Assembly: GCA_951406725.2 (NCBI GenBank) | Contig: OX597840.1 | Span: 36,456,001 to 36,520,000, forward strand | Source of the DNA: Octopus vulgaris | Lineage: Eukaryota | Reading direction: 5' to 3' | DNA: 64,000 bases | Part shown: one piece after another, positions 24,372-37,095 of the stretch | Layout of the letters: every line of letters starts with the position of its first letter | Numbering within the stretch: the stretch's first letter is position 1 | The notes under the pieces: model-generated | Told to the model about the DNA's origin: nothing | Database searches by the model: none | Seen by the model: the letters and a program-made list of their open reading frames with translations, nothing else | Translations under genes and position numbers: made by a program

Positions 24372-25398
24372 CGTCATGTACGGGTGCAGGAGTGGCTTTG
24401 TGGTAAGTAGCTTGCTTACCAACCACATGATTCTAGGTTCATTCCCACTGTGTGGCACCTTGGGCAAGTGTCTTCTACTATAGCCTCAGGTTGACCAAAG
24501 CCTTGTGAGTTGATTTGGCAGATGGAAACTGAAAGACGCCCGTCGTATATATGTATATATATATATATGTATGTGTGTGTATATGTTTGTGTGTCTGTGT
24601 TTGTCCCCCTAACATCGCTTGACAACCGATGGTGGTGTGTTAACGTCCCCATAACTTAGCGGTTCAGCAAAATAGACTGATAGAATAAGTACTAGGTTTA
24701 CAAAGAATAAGTCCTGGGATCATTTTGCTTGACTAAAGATAGTGCTCCAGTAGTGCCACAGTCAAATGACTGAAACATGTAAAAGAGTATATATATGTGT
24801 ATATATTGAAAGAAAGAAAATGGAGAAAGATGGATGTATGAATAATTTATTTGTACAATATAGAGATGTTGAAATTTTTAAAAAATAGCAAAACAAATAA
24901 ATTATAAATTGTAAAGCTCAAAAAGAAATGGGAGATGCAAAAAACCCCAACAGATATGCTTCAGTTTTAGCCCCTAGTTGATACGTAATTCTAAACATTT
25001 GGTTATATGCTAAGAATGGTATCATTTTTAACTCTATAGGGAAGAACTTTGTCATGGTTTTTACGAGCTTACAGAACAAAGGTTAACATATTTCTTGAAA
25101 GGAAGCATACAAAATAGTAATAAGTTTAAGAACCTATACAGAATGTAAATGTAACTGGCTGGTGAGTTTTAGATTTTAGTAAAGATGTCAGATAATAACT
25201 GAAGTAAATAAAAATAACTTTAAAAAAAAATTAAGGGTAAAAAAAGAAGATAAGAAGGATAACAATAAAAAAAAATCAATAATAAATAGAAATTAAAGAA
25301 AAATATAAATGTATGTAAAATATAAATAGCATAAAATTTAAATAAAAAGAAAAGAATAATACTTAAACATGCAAGGGAAAAATAATATAAAAAAATAA

Positions 25399-25752
25399 AT
25401 GAAAGATAAGTTAGATCGTAAAAATTGTTAGTCAATGGTTATAAATTATTTCTGTTGGTTTGGTAATAGATACAGTTCAGAAAAACTATAGATGAGCAGA
25501 GATCACAACATTGTGTGACATTTAAAATCAAGCCGAGATAAAAGTTTGAAAATTAACCATTAGGATATGTATCTTGTAGGTTTATAAGTAAGGCTTACAA
25601 GATACATATCTTAATGGTTAAGTTTCAAACTTTTATCTCGGCTTGATTTTAAATATGTCACACAATGATGTGATCTCTGCTCATCTGTAGCTTTCCTGAA
25701 CTGTATCTTATTACCAAACGAATAGAAATAATTTATCTAACTTATCCTTCAT
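25399..25752. repeat. Long inverted repeat / foldback element
   Basis: 25441-25583 pairs with 25591-25736 (about 11 substitutions and 2 small indels by eye, 7-nt loop). An outer arm 25399-25414 pairs with 25737-25752. Confidence 0.92.
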
Positions 25753-28700
25753 TAATCTTAATAAATTACTTAATACAAATCATAATTTATTAGATACGTA
25801 CAGGATCCAGAATTTACATCTAAAAGTTTGTTTTTATATATGCAAATCATTGGATACCGGCCATAACTCAGAAATATATACAGGTAATTGCTACATGTGT
25901 GTGTATGTATATATGTATATGTACCTGTGTGTGTATATATGTATCAAATTCACATTTTATCACAGAATGTGTGTGTATATATACACATGTGCATATGTAT
26001 ATGTATATATATGTATGTATATACATCTATACATACTATCTAAACATTTACCCAGGTCAGCCCATATGCCTCCCTGTCTATATATACGTGTGTTTTGCAT
26101 ATCCATGTGCATAAGCCTGCATATATTTTGTGCATCTGCATGCATATGTCTATATTTATCTATATACATGCATATATATGAGCAGATATACGTGTTCATA
26201 TGCAGGTTTATTTTTTTCTGTTTACTTGTGAAGCATCTTATGTTACCTGAGGAGGCTCTTTTGCACTGTGCATCGCATCTGGTGTTATTACATCTTCCAC
26301 ATCCACCAGGGGGTAGTGTAGTATGATGCGAAAACAATTGTTGTGCTAATAAATGCTTCTAGTTACACACAATCTTCCATATTAATCTTTTAATATATCT
26401 ATCTATCTATCTATCTCTCTATATATATAGACTTAAAACATAAGGTGTAATTTGAGCAAAATTTGACTGCTATTTCTACTGTGTCAAGTCATCATTAGAG
26501 CCCTTCTGTGTTAGCTTATACATACATATATGTACATACAGATATGCAAAGCAGTTGGATGCAATTTTGGTGGATGTGCATGCATGATGAGTTCTATGTG
26601 ATGTACCCATTGGCTGTAGGCTATCATATGTTCCCTGTTTACCAGTAAATAAGATGAGTTGACTATATTTTTAAATGTATGAAAAAAAATAACCCCACAT
26701 CTAAGGCAGCCATATTATGGATGGGAGAGCAAGGGCAATAGAATATATGATGAAATATATAGCTATAGGCTAGGGAGCTGGCTATATTCATGTTGACAAG
26801 GCATAAAAATTGCTACTAACACTAAAACAGAGAAAAGCAGTCAAATTATCACATTCTGTTAATGCAAATTTATGTCAAAAATTAATCACAATATGCCAGC
26901 AGTTATGTATGAAGATCACATCATCTCATCAGACCTCCTTCTCTGACATTCATAACCCACGTGTGATATATGCTTTGCATTATTTAATGATTATTTTATC
27001 TTTAAGAAATGTTGGTTATTTAAATGTTCCATTACTTATTCCATTTGCTGAAAAATTGGTTTTTGTCCAGTTATTAACTGTCCATTAATATTCAATGAAA
27101 TTTTAATTTGTCTGTAAGAACTGTTACTTGTTTCTTTACTGCCCACAAGGAGCTAAACACAGAGGGGACAAACAAGGACAGACAAAGGGATTTAGTCGAT
27201 TATATCGACCCCAGTGCGTAACTGGTTCTTAATTTATCTACTTTGAAAGGATGAAAGGCAAAGTCGACCTCGGCCGAGTTTGAACTCAGAACATAACGGC
27301 AGACGAAATAGCTATTTCTTTACTACCTACAAGGGGCTAAACACAGAGGGGACAAACAAGGACAAACAAATGGATTAAGTCGATTATATCGCCCCCCAGT
27401 GTGTAACTGGTACTTATTTAATTGACCCCGAAAGTATGAAAGGCAAAGTCAACCTTGGCGGAATTTGAACTCAGAACGTAGCAGCAGACGAAATACTGCT
27501 AAGCATTTCGCCCAGTTTGCTAACGTTTCTGCCATCTCACCGCCATCAATAAATAGTATTTATAGGAATTCATTTGCATTTATTGTCGTTTGCTGATGGT
27601 TTTGTACCAGAATTCATGAATATATTTCCTTTTGTTTGCATATAGCAGGGTTCATTGATACCAATGTATTTCCTTTCTTGCTTTGGTCATTAGACTGAGG
27701 CCATAATTAGGCACCACCATGTAGAGTTTAATTAAACATTGAACCCAATACCTATTTTTTTACTTTCTAAACCAGATGCATTTTCCATCATTTTTCACCA
27801 AAGCATTAAGTTTTGGAGATGTGAAGAAATCAGCAATGGTTGTCAAGCAGTGACTGGGTAGCAACCCAAACACATACACACCTGTATATGTGATGGGCTT
27901 CTTTCAGTTTCTGCCTGTCAAATCCAATCACATGGCTTTGGTCAGCCCAAGGCTATAGTAGAAGACAGTTGCCCAAGGTGCCACACAGAGGATCTGTACC
28001 CAGAGCCTTTTGGTTGGAAGGCAAACTTTTTACCAGGCAGCCATGCAAATTTAGTTTCCTTTAAATGTTAGAATAAAGTTACATCACGTGACTTCCATAT
28101 TGTATTTCAGTATCCTGCAATGGTTGAGTATTCCCATGCACACAGTCACAGATCTCCCCAACAACAAAAACAGCTTAAAGTTGCTTTCAATAAAATATAT
28201 GATAAAACATTAAAATTGTTGTTTCTTTTACAAAATATTGTTGTAAAACAGAGTAAATGTCTTGGAGGAAAGTTTGTCTTCTAAGTAGGCAATGAGAAAT
28301 TGGACATAACAGCCAGGTAAACTGAGAGAGACTTTACTGTGAAAGATCAGAAGCCAGTTGGAAGGGTTTCAGCAAACCCGTAGGTAAAACGGAACACTAC
28401 ATTATGAATTGGTGGGAGACACTCTGCACAAGAACCCAACCCCATAGATATTGAAGTGGAAATGCTCTGAAATTACATGCTACCATATTGTTTTTAAATA
28501 TAAATGGGATAATACAGTCAGAGATACATTATGTTTGACAATAAAATTGGTGATGATTGGAGAAGGCATGAACGTAGGTCTGTTTGATGAGGCCAGATTG
28601 CAGATAAACAGAAAACGATCTCAGACTGGGATTCCAACCAAAATATTGCAGAGCTTATTTAATTTAACAGACATTATTTTGCCTCCAAGAAAGATTGTTT

Positions 28701-28925
28701 GGTAATTATTATCCCAATTAAAGAACACAAAACCTTAATGGCAATTGCTCAGCCTGTTAGAAATAGCAGCCAAATCACCCTCAAATCATATCTATAACAT
28801 TTGGCTATCTTATAAAAATGAGGCACTATGGATAATATAGGCCTTAGATTATGTTTGAAAAACAAGAGAAAAAGAAAAGGATAGAGCTGCTGGCCATGGT
28901 TAGAACGTCAATGATCATTGATTAA

Positions 28926-29145
28926 CCCTTTAGCATTTAAACCAGTCATGTCAGGCCCCAAAATGCTTCCTATTTTATGTTCAAACCAATCCGGTCCAGC
29001 CCATCACACCTCCCTTTCTATGTCATTTTAAAAATATACAATCACATCATCAAAATTTTGACTCTATAAGATAATGCATGATTAATTAAAAACGATGTGA
29101 ATGAAACAGCATTAGATTTGAGAGAATAATTTGAGTGCCAAAGGG
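28926..29145. mobile_element. piggyBac-type MITE (family 2)
   Basis: TTAA|CCCTTTAGCATTTAAA ... TTTGAGTGCCAAAGGG|TTAA. Partial inverted copies at ~34045-34150 and ~53625-53700. Confidence 0.75.
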
Positions 29146-30256
29146 TTAAAGAATATCAGACAAGCGTTTCCAAAAAAAAAAAAAGACTTTGCTTAACAGG
29201 AATAATTTTAGAAAACTATGTTTACTTAAAAATTGACATCAAAACTGAATTATTATATTTCAGCAGGCCACATTGCTGTATAAACTAATTTAATAACACA
29301 ATTAACTAATGTCAATAAAATTAACAAGAAAATTAAAATTTTGCAAACAGTTAAAAACCCTCTTTAACCATAACGTAATCCCATTAGCTGGCTTCCACTT
29401 GTTTCAGCTACCATAATGATGTGTGTTGTGTGTGTGTGTGTGTGTATTGTGTGTGTGTGTGTGTGTTGTGTGTGTTTGCATCATTGCCATTGTATTTATG
29501 CTTGCTTCTTCCATGCAGGCATGGCTATGATGAAGAGTTATTGAGGCAATATCCAACAGTCGGAAGCTTTTCCTGTCACCAACCCTTACTGTTCATCATC
29601 ATCATCATCATCATTTAGCGTCCGTTCTCCATGCTAGCATGGGTTGGACGGTTCAACTGGGGTCTGTGAAGCCGGAAGGCTTCATCAGGCCTAGTCAGAT
29701 CTGGCAGTGTTTCTACGGCTGGATGCCCTTCCTAACGCCAACCACTCCGTGAGTGTAGTGGGTTCATGCATGATATTTTTTATTCCACTGATCTTCACAA
29801 GAAACTGGTGCAAACTACGAGGAATAGCAACTAAATTCTCCTCAAATTACATCCTATCTTTTTACTAAAAATGCAGAATGATTTGTCGACGAATGTAGTG
29901 ACAGACATAGGAAACAGATGGAATGGTCACAGATGTAATATCATTGATGATAGGTCAATACAATCAGAATTGTTCTGGAGCTACGAACCATCAGCAAAAG
30001 CTTTTAGAAAACCAGGAAATCATTAAAAGGAGAGAAAAAATACAACAAAAAAAAATAGTGTTAACAATAAGTGACAAACGATGGGAACCAAATACCCCTC
30101 GGCTAATTTCATCAGCAAAAAACAACCACCAAAATATTTTTAAAAAAAACAACTGCAAAACTTTTCAAAATCTATACATAAATCTGGAAGATGTCTTTAA
30201 GACTTTTAAAAAGCCACAAAATAATTAAATCTAGCTTCTAAAAGTAGAAGATAATT

Positions 30257-30383
30257 TTATTATTATTATTATTACTATTACTATTATTATTATTATTATT
30301 ATTATTACTATTACTATTATTATTATTATTATTATTATTATTATCATTACTCTTCTCTTATGCTTTCTGCAATTCAGTTTATA

Positions 30384-30430
<47 letters not shown>

Positions 30431-30442
30431 TATTATTATTAC
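30257..30442. repeat. (TAT)n trinucleotide microsatellite cluster
   Basis: Direct reading. Confidence 0.9.
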
Positions 30443-30993
30443 TACTGTTCTATTATTTTTCTACAATTCTTATTATTTGAATTGTTGTTTATTATTATTA
30501 TTTCAAACGAAAGTTAAGAATTATCATTTGAATAATTGGAAAAAAGGGAGGAAAAACAAACAAATAAAGAGACACACAAAACAAAAAGAAAAACAAGCTA
30601 GAAATTGGTTTTTAGTATTTGTTATTGGTGAAGATTAGGTTAAAGAATTTACTTTTAAAAACAGAAAAGAGCAACAAATTGCCATATGACCCTCTGGCTA
30701 GAATCTCAATTCTGGTTAAATTCTATGTCAATTTTAAGTGACAAAGTCATTAATATGTTGGGAAATAGTGGCTCGAGAGAGAGAGAGAGAGAGATGTAGA
30801 CATGTATATATCTAAGTATGGTGAGGGAGAGAGCAACAGAGGGGCAAGAAGGAAAAAAACAAGAACAGCACCAACCGAAGACAAATTTGGTTGCATTAGG
30901 AACGTAGCAAATCTTATTACAAGTTTTCCTTAAAGTGAATACAAATTGGAAATGTGTATGTGTAAGGCTTTGAGAGTGTGAGTAAGTTTGTGT

Positions 30994-31024
<31 letters not shown>

Positions 31025-31086
31025 AGTACGTATGTACATATACATATATAGATAAGTGTGTATGTATATGCATATATGTGTGTATG

Positions 31087-31130
<44 letters not shown>

Positions 31131-31408
31131 AAAATTCTTTTACTTGTTTCAGTCATTTGACAGCGGCTATGCTGGAGCACCACCTTTAGTTGAACAAATC
31201 TACCCCAGGGCTTATTATTTGTAAGACTAGTACGCATTCTGTCAGTCTCTTTTGCCGAACTACTAAGTTATGGGATGTAAACACTAACATTGATTGTCAA
31301 GCGATGGCGGGCGGGGGACGAACACAGACACACTAATGTATACATCCACATATGTATGTACATATAATATATAAGTGTATATATATATAAAACTATTTAT
31401 GTACACAT

Positions 31409-31482
<74 letters not shown>

Positions 31483-31779
31483 TGCATTACCTCTGTTTCA
31501 AGTGGCTTCATTTAATCAAACAATGAAAACATTCCACCAATATTAAATAAACTGCTCTCCATGGACACAGATTTCCAACAGAAAGAATAAACCATTTTTT
31601 TAGTGAAACTTACATCACTATTAGCAACCAAAATAATTACATTGTTACTGTTTGGTATTTCCATGGCTTTTATTCACCTAATAGCTTTGGGTGCCTCAGT
31701 TTAAGTACCTAATTCAACTCCATCCAGAAGAAAACCAAAACTTTCAGATAGGGACCGTTGGACTCTTACCCAAATTGTT

Positions 31780-32642
31780 AGAAAGGATCACAAAAGTACA
31801 GCTCCCCAACTTACTGCAGAGCTTAATGATACCTCGAGAACCCAGTTTCCACAAAAACTGTTTGCTGGGAGCTGCACAAAGTTGGATTTCACAGGAGGGC
31901 TGCAATCAGAAAACCACTACTTTCAAAGACAAACATTGCAAAGCATTTAGAGTGGAGTAAAAACCTACAGAATTGGTCCCTAGAGCAGTGGAAGAATGTT
32001 ATTTTCTTGGACTAGTCATCCTTTGCCTTATTTCTGACCACTGGGTGAGTATAAGTGTGGAGACAGCCAAAAGAAGCATTTGACCCAGACTGCTTTCTTC
32101 CAAATGTTAAACATAGAGCAGGATCTGTGATGATCGGGGGGGGGGACTATATCTTGGAAATCTGCCGGCCCAAATGGTTTCCTTTCATGGCAGAATTAAT
32201 AGTCGACTATTCAAGCATTTTATCTGATCAAATTCATCCTATGGTTGCGGAACTGTTTCCAGAGGGAAACGCAATCTTTCAGGATGATAATGCACCAATT
32301 CACACAGTTAAAATTGTTACTGAATGGCATGAGGAATATTCTAGCGAAGTTGAACATCTTATCTGGCCACCACAGTCCTCAGATTTCAATATTATTGAAC
32401 ATTTATGGTGTATTTTAGAAAAACAAGTAAGGAGTCAATATCATTCACCATCATACCTACAAGAACTGGAAACTGTTTTAGTTGAAGAATGGACAAAAAT
32501 TCCTTTGGAAACAATTCAAACTTTGTATCAGTCCATACCTTATAGGATTTAAACTGTAATTACTGCCAAAGGTGGTTGTATCCCATATCAAAATAAATTT
32601 GTTTGAAATTCTAAGGTGTTTCCATTATTTTGTCCAACCCCT

Positions 32643-32643
<1 letters not shown>
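31780..32643 (+). mobile_element. Tc1-family (DD34E) transposon remnant with right TIR
   Basis: FQDDNAPIHT ... WPPQSSDFNIIEHLW. Terminus tttccattattttgtccaacccctg|TA. Frameshifts and stops present. Confidence 0.9.
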
Positions 32644-32693
<50 letters not shown>

Positions 32694-32728
32694 CAGACAT
32701 ATATGTATCATCATTGTTTATATATTCA

Positions 32729-32759
<31 letters not shown>

Positions 32760-33181
32760 CTACACACACACACACACACACGCACATATACATATGCTTG
32801 TCCTTATACATATTTGCCTGTAATGAAGCAGAGAAAGAGACATTCATACAAACACCTGCACAGGTGTTTTCTTTTGTTGTTCTGTCTACATTTGATGGTT
32901 TTTATGTTTTAGACTTCTTCCAATGAATTCCCATCACAACAACATTGTTTGTAAGCAGAAAAACAAGTTTAGTCGTTCGCAATGTTCAAAATGGTTGTGT
33001 GGTGAGACGTTTGGTCCCCAACCAGATAGTTCTGGGTTCAGTCCCACTGTGTAGCACCTTGGGCGAGTATCTTCTACAATAACTTTGAGCTGACCAAAAC
33101 CTTGTGAGTGGATTTGGTAGATGAAAACTGAAATAAGCCCGGCATATACATACATACACACACACACATATATATAGGCAT

Positions 33182-33574
33182 AGGAGTGGCTGTGTGGTAA
33201 GTAGCTTGCTTAACAACCACATGGTTCCGGGTTCAGTCCCACTGCATGGCACCTTGGGCAAGTGTCTTCTGCTATAGCCTCGGGCCGACCAAAGCCTTGT
33301 GAGTGGATTTGGTAGACGGAAACTGAAAGAAGCCCGTCATATATATGTATATATATATATGTGTTTGTGTGTCTGTGTTTGTCCCCCCAACATCGCTTGA
33401 CAACAGATGCTGGTGTGTTTATGTCCCCGTAACTTAGCGGTTCGACAAAAGAGACCGATAGAATAAGTACTAAGCTTACAAAGAATAAGTCCTGGGGTCG
33501 ATTTGCTCGATTAAAGGCGGTGCTCCAGCATGGCCACAGTCAAATGACTGAAACAAGTAAAAGAGTAAAGAGTA
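33182..33574 (+). mobile_element. tRNA-derived SINE family A (representative full-length copy)
   Basis: Head ggagtggctgtgtggtaagtagcttgc...gggttcagtccc, internal (TA)n, tail ggtgctccagcatggccacagtcaaatgactgaaac. Further copies in both orientations, e.g. 225-585(-), 6810-7095, 17628-17790(-), 24387-24790, 31140-31330(-), 40265-40670, 51100-51460(-), 58745-59125(-). Confidence 0.85.
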
Positions 33575-34278
33575 TATATGTGTGTGTGTGTGTGTATGTC
33601 TTTGAATTAATGTTTGAGTTCCCCACCCCACCACTTGACAATTGGTGTTGGTGTGTTTACATTCTTGTAACTTAGCAGTTTGGAAAAAGAGACCAATAAA
33701 ATAAGTACCAGGCTTACAAAGAAAAAAAGAAAAAAGAAAGAAAAACAAAACATAAGTATTGGGGTTGATTTGTTTGACTAAAAATTCTTGAAAGTGGTGC
33801 TCCAGTATGGCCACAGACTAATGACTGAAACTAGTAAAAGATAAAACAATTTCAGGTCCAACTGCACACAGTGGACATCTGGTAAACAGAAACTATGCAG
33901 AAGCCTGCCGTGTGCGTTTGTGTAGAAAGAATCCCCTTGTACAGAGAGTATCGCTATTTCTATGTCTGCCATGAAAAACATGTCTAACCATTGAAAGTCC
34001 AGGGAATAAAAGTGCCATAACCTCTGCTAAATGTAATGCCTAATTTAGAATGACATTGTAGGGTAGGTGTAAGAAGCTGAATATGGTCAGTTTGAACATA
34101 AAACAGGTAGAATATTTTGGCTGGATATGGTCAGTTTAAATGCTAAAGGGTTAATTGAAAACAAGTGAGGTTTGGTGATTGGAAGAAAATCTGATGGTAA
34201 AAAAATCAACATCCATATATCGAGTGTAACTGCTATAAACATGGAAAAAGCCAGCGTAAAATAATTACAATGATGATG

Positions 34279-34340
<62 letters not shown>

Positions 34341-34769
34341 ATATTTGTTTATTCACAGTGTCTAACAGTTGTAGAAAGGTTACAAAACCAGGAGGTTACA
34401 AAATCATTGATTTCTCACCATAGGATTTGACCGAGAGGTGTTGAAAGCTTTGTATAATTGTCAGATGCTGTTTGTGTAAGCTGTAAGTAAACTTCTAACT
34501 AGACTTCCAAATGCACCCATAACCTCAATTATACACCCAGTGTGAATGTCCCCTGAGTCTCAGTTTGCAAGGTAATATATACATTTTAAACGAACAGGAC
34601 TGATTGGTGGAGGTATCAGAGCGTGTTTTGTGATATTCATTGCTCAGCTCAAAATTGTGCTTCAGAAATGCTTATCTATTCAACAGAGACATTTCCATCC
34701 CCTTATGCTGTAGACCTGTGTCATAATAATAATGACGATGATGATGGTGATGTCATGATGATAGTGGTG

Positions 34770-35330
34770 GTCACTCCCATCAATTCTGACGCATGAGTGT
34801 TTGAAGGAAAGGATTTAAAAAAAAAGATTAAAAATAGAAAAAAAACAAAAAAACAGTATCTGTTTGTGATGAATGCCTGAATGTAATTTGAGTCCAGGAA
34901 CGGATTTTGCTATGAAGTCACAATGAGGACAATGAGGATTTTGATTTAGCCTGGGAATCAGACAAAAGTGTTGGTTAGCTCCAGGATAAAATTCTTTTAT
35001 TGTTCTGTCTCTTCAACTCAAATTGCTTTGATGCATCAAGACACATTTTGCACCATTCAGATTGAGCTTGGCAATAACTTTACCAAAATGTTAAATCAAG
35101 CTGGAAGGGGTCTTTGTGATTGTTTCAACTTATCCTTACACCTTAGCAGCAGTCTTCCTTTACTGCAAAATTCCTCTACTTGTTGGAAATGCAAAATCAT
35201 TTTTGTGCATTTGAACAACATGTCCTGCCTTTCAGCACAGGATTGTTAGCAGTATGCTTTCAGTACGGGAATTGTCAAATTTTTCTGAAATGTTTCGCCA
35301 CCTGATAATGTATCCTGTCGCAAGAGACCT
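34770..35330 (-). mobile_element. RTE-clade LINE 3' end with terminal C2H2 finger
   Basis: ESILLTILC*KAGHVVQM ... LRCKDKLKQSQ ... CPHCDFIAKSVPGLKLHSGIH (34869-34931), followed by a (CAT)n-like tail. Related to 23582-23975. Confidence 0.75.
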
Positions 35331-36484
35331 GATCCTGTAACCCAATCCATGTACACATATTAAACATGACCACAACCTCAAACAAACAACTTGTGTTCTT
35401 CGCAAGTGCCACCTGATACAGAACAACAACAAAGCGATATACTCGCATCGTGTGCGTAAATAATGATGACGTCATCAACTCTTTTGAAACAGCAAATTTC
35501 ATACAACTTTCTTCACTCCCATCTCTGCCTCTATCTCTCTCTTTCTACTGCCATTCTATATTATGCCACTCACCACTCCTATAATTCCACCCAGTAAAGT
35601 CAGACTTCTGGAATTCTCTTTTCTGCCCACAGATTCTCAGCAGCCTATAAACATGCACATGTTAACAGCGTCATGCAAAGACAGTGATGTCAGCACCAAT
35701 CACAGATGAACTCTGACCTCAGCAGGTCATGGAAACAGCTGCTTCATTGCTTACTAAACACACTGAAAGAAATCTAAAACAATTCAAGTACAGATGAGTA
35801 GTGGCGGTGGTGGGGGATGGGGTGGACGAGTGTGGCCAGGTCATGTCATGGCCTAAAGAGATGGGGGTGGGGTATAAGTATAAGCAAGAGGCTTTTGTTT
35901 CTTCTGCCTGTGTGTTGTGATACTAACCTGTGGGCAGGAGATATAAAGCTTGCACCAGGCCTGCCTTCATGCACCACCCTCAAGTGACCCATCCTATCAC
36001 ACAGATGCAACAACTCTCTCTCTCTCTCTCTCATGCGACCACTTCTAAGGGTACATGCTACCCGTTTAATAACCAAAGTGCTTTTTTGATTTTAAAAATA
36101 TTATGTGTCATTTGGCCCGATTGGAGATTGTCTGTTTTTGTTTAGCCTTTGTTAAGTCCTGATCCAGCAGATTTGTAATCAAAGGTGTTGCAGCCATGAC
36201 CATCTCCTCTTTTTATTCAGTCACAGTGTATATAACAGCACATTATTCAATGTCAGTGTTGTGGTCAGTGTGGTCAGTGTTGTAGTCAGTCAGCATTCAA
36301 CAGACATAGGTATGGGCATAGCCATGCAGTTAGAAGCTGGCTTCCCAGCCACAGGATTCAGGTTGGAGTGTCACTACAGGATCCGATGTCTATCTTCTAT
36401 GATAGACTTGGGCTGACCAAAGCCTTCTGAGTGTATTTAGTCTACAGAAATTGAAAGGTGCTGTCATTTATTTATATATATATA

Positions 36485-36785
36485 TCACCGTGATCACCAT
36501 GACCAACCAGGCTATCAGATGTTGCTACACATCGCTAGTCACAATGTGCTTTGCATTGTTTTAGCCTCCAAGTGATGCCATGCCACTGGCTAAGCGAGCA
36601 GGCCAACAGAAGAAAGAGTGAGAGAAAGTTGTGGTGAAAGAGTACAGCAGGGATCGCCACCACCCCCTGCCCGAGCCTCGTGGAGCTTTAGGCGTTTTCG
36701 CTCAACACTCACAACGCCTGGTCTGGGAATCGAAACCGCGATCCTACAACCACGAGTCCGCTGCCCTAGCCACTGGGCCTCCACC
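36485..36785 (-). mobile_element. tRNA-derived SINE family D
   Basis: Reverse complement begins gtggaggcccagtggctagggcagcggactcgtggttgtaggatcgcggtttcgattccc (A/B-box-like). Related heads at ~45345 and 51555. Confidence 0.7.
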
Positions 36786-37005
36786 TATATATATATATGA
36801 TAAAGGAGCATTGGTTACAGAACAAACATTAAATTGGGGTCAACGACTTTACATACAACACCACCCCACAAACATTTAATCATATATAAAAATAACCATG
36901 GTTCCCAAACACATAAAAAAATAATACATATACATAAAATCACAGAATGTAAAAATATATATGTATTCTAATAACCAAGAAAAAAGCAACAAGAATGGAT
37001 TGTTA

Positions 37006-37095
37006 GATTAGTACAATTGTTTCATACTATAAACATTTTATTTCAAGCTGCAAATTTTACAGCAAATATAATGTCGAGTATTCATCAGCTAAATC
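37006..37095 (-). ncRNA. Type I hammerhead ribozyme motif with intact core
   Basis: gatttag CTGATGA atact..gacatt..gctgtaaaatttgcagc..aatgtt..agtat GAAAC aatt GTA ctaatc. All three stems can form. Confidence 0.78.

Noticed and set aside
32055-32552. 165-aa ORF as an active transposase
   Set aside because: Only the catalytic C-terminal half is open; upstream frames contain stops and frameshifts and no left TIR was seen.
34869-34931. C2H2 zinc finger as a host zinc-finger gene exon
   Set aside because: It is a single finger lying colinear at the end of a stop-riddled RTE ORF and followed by a retroposon tail.
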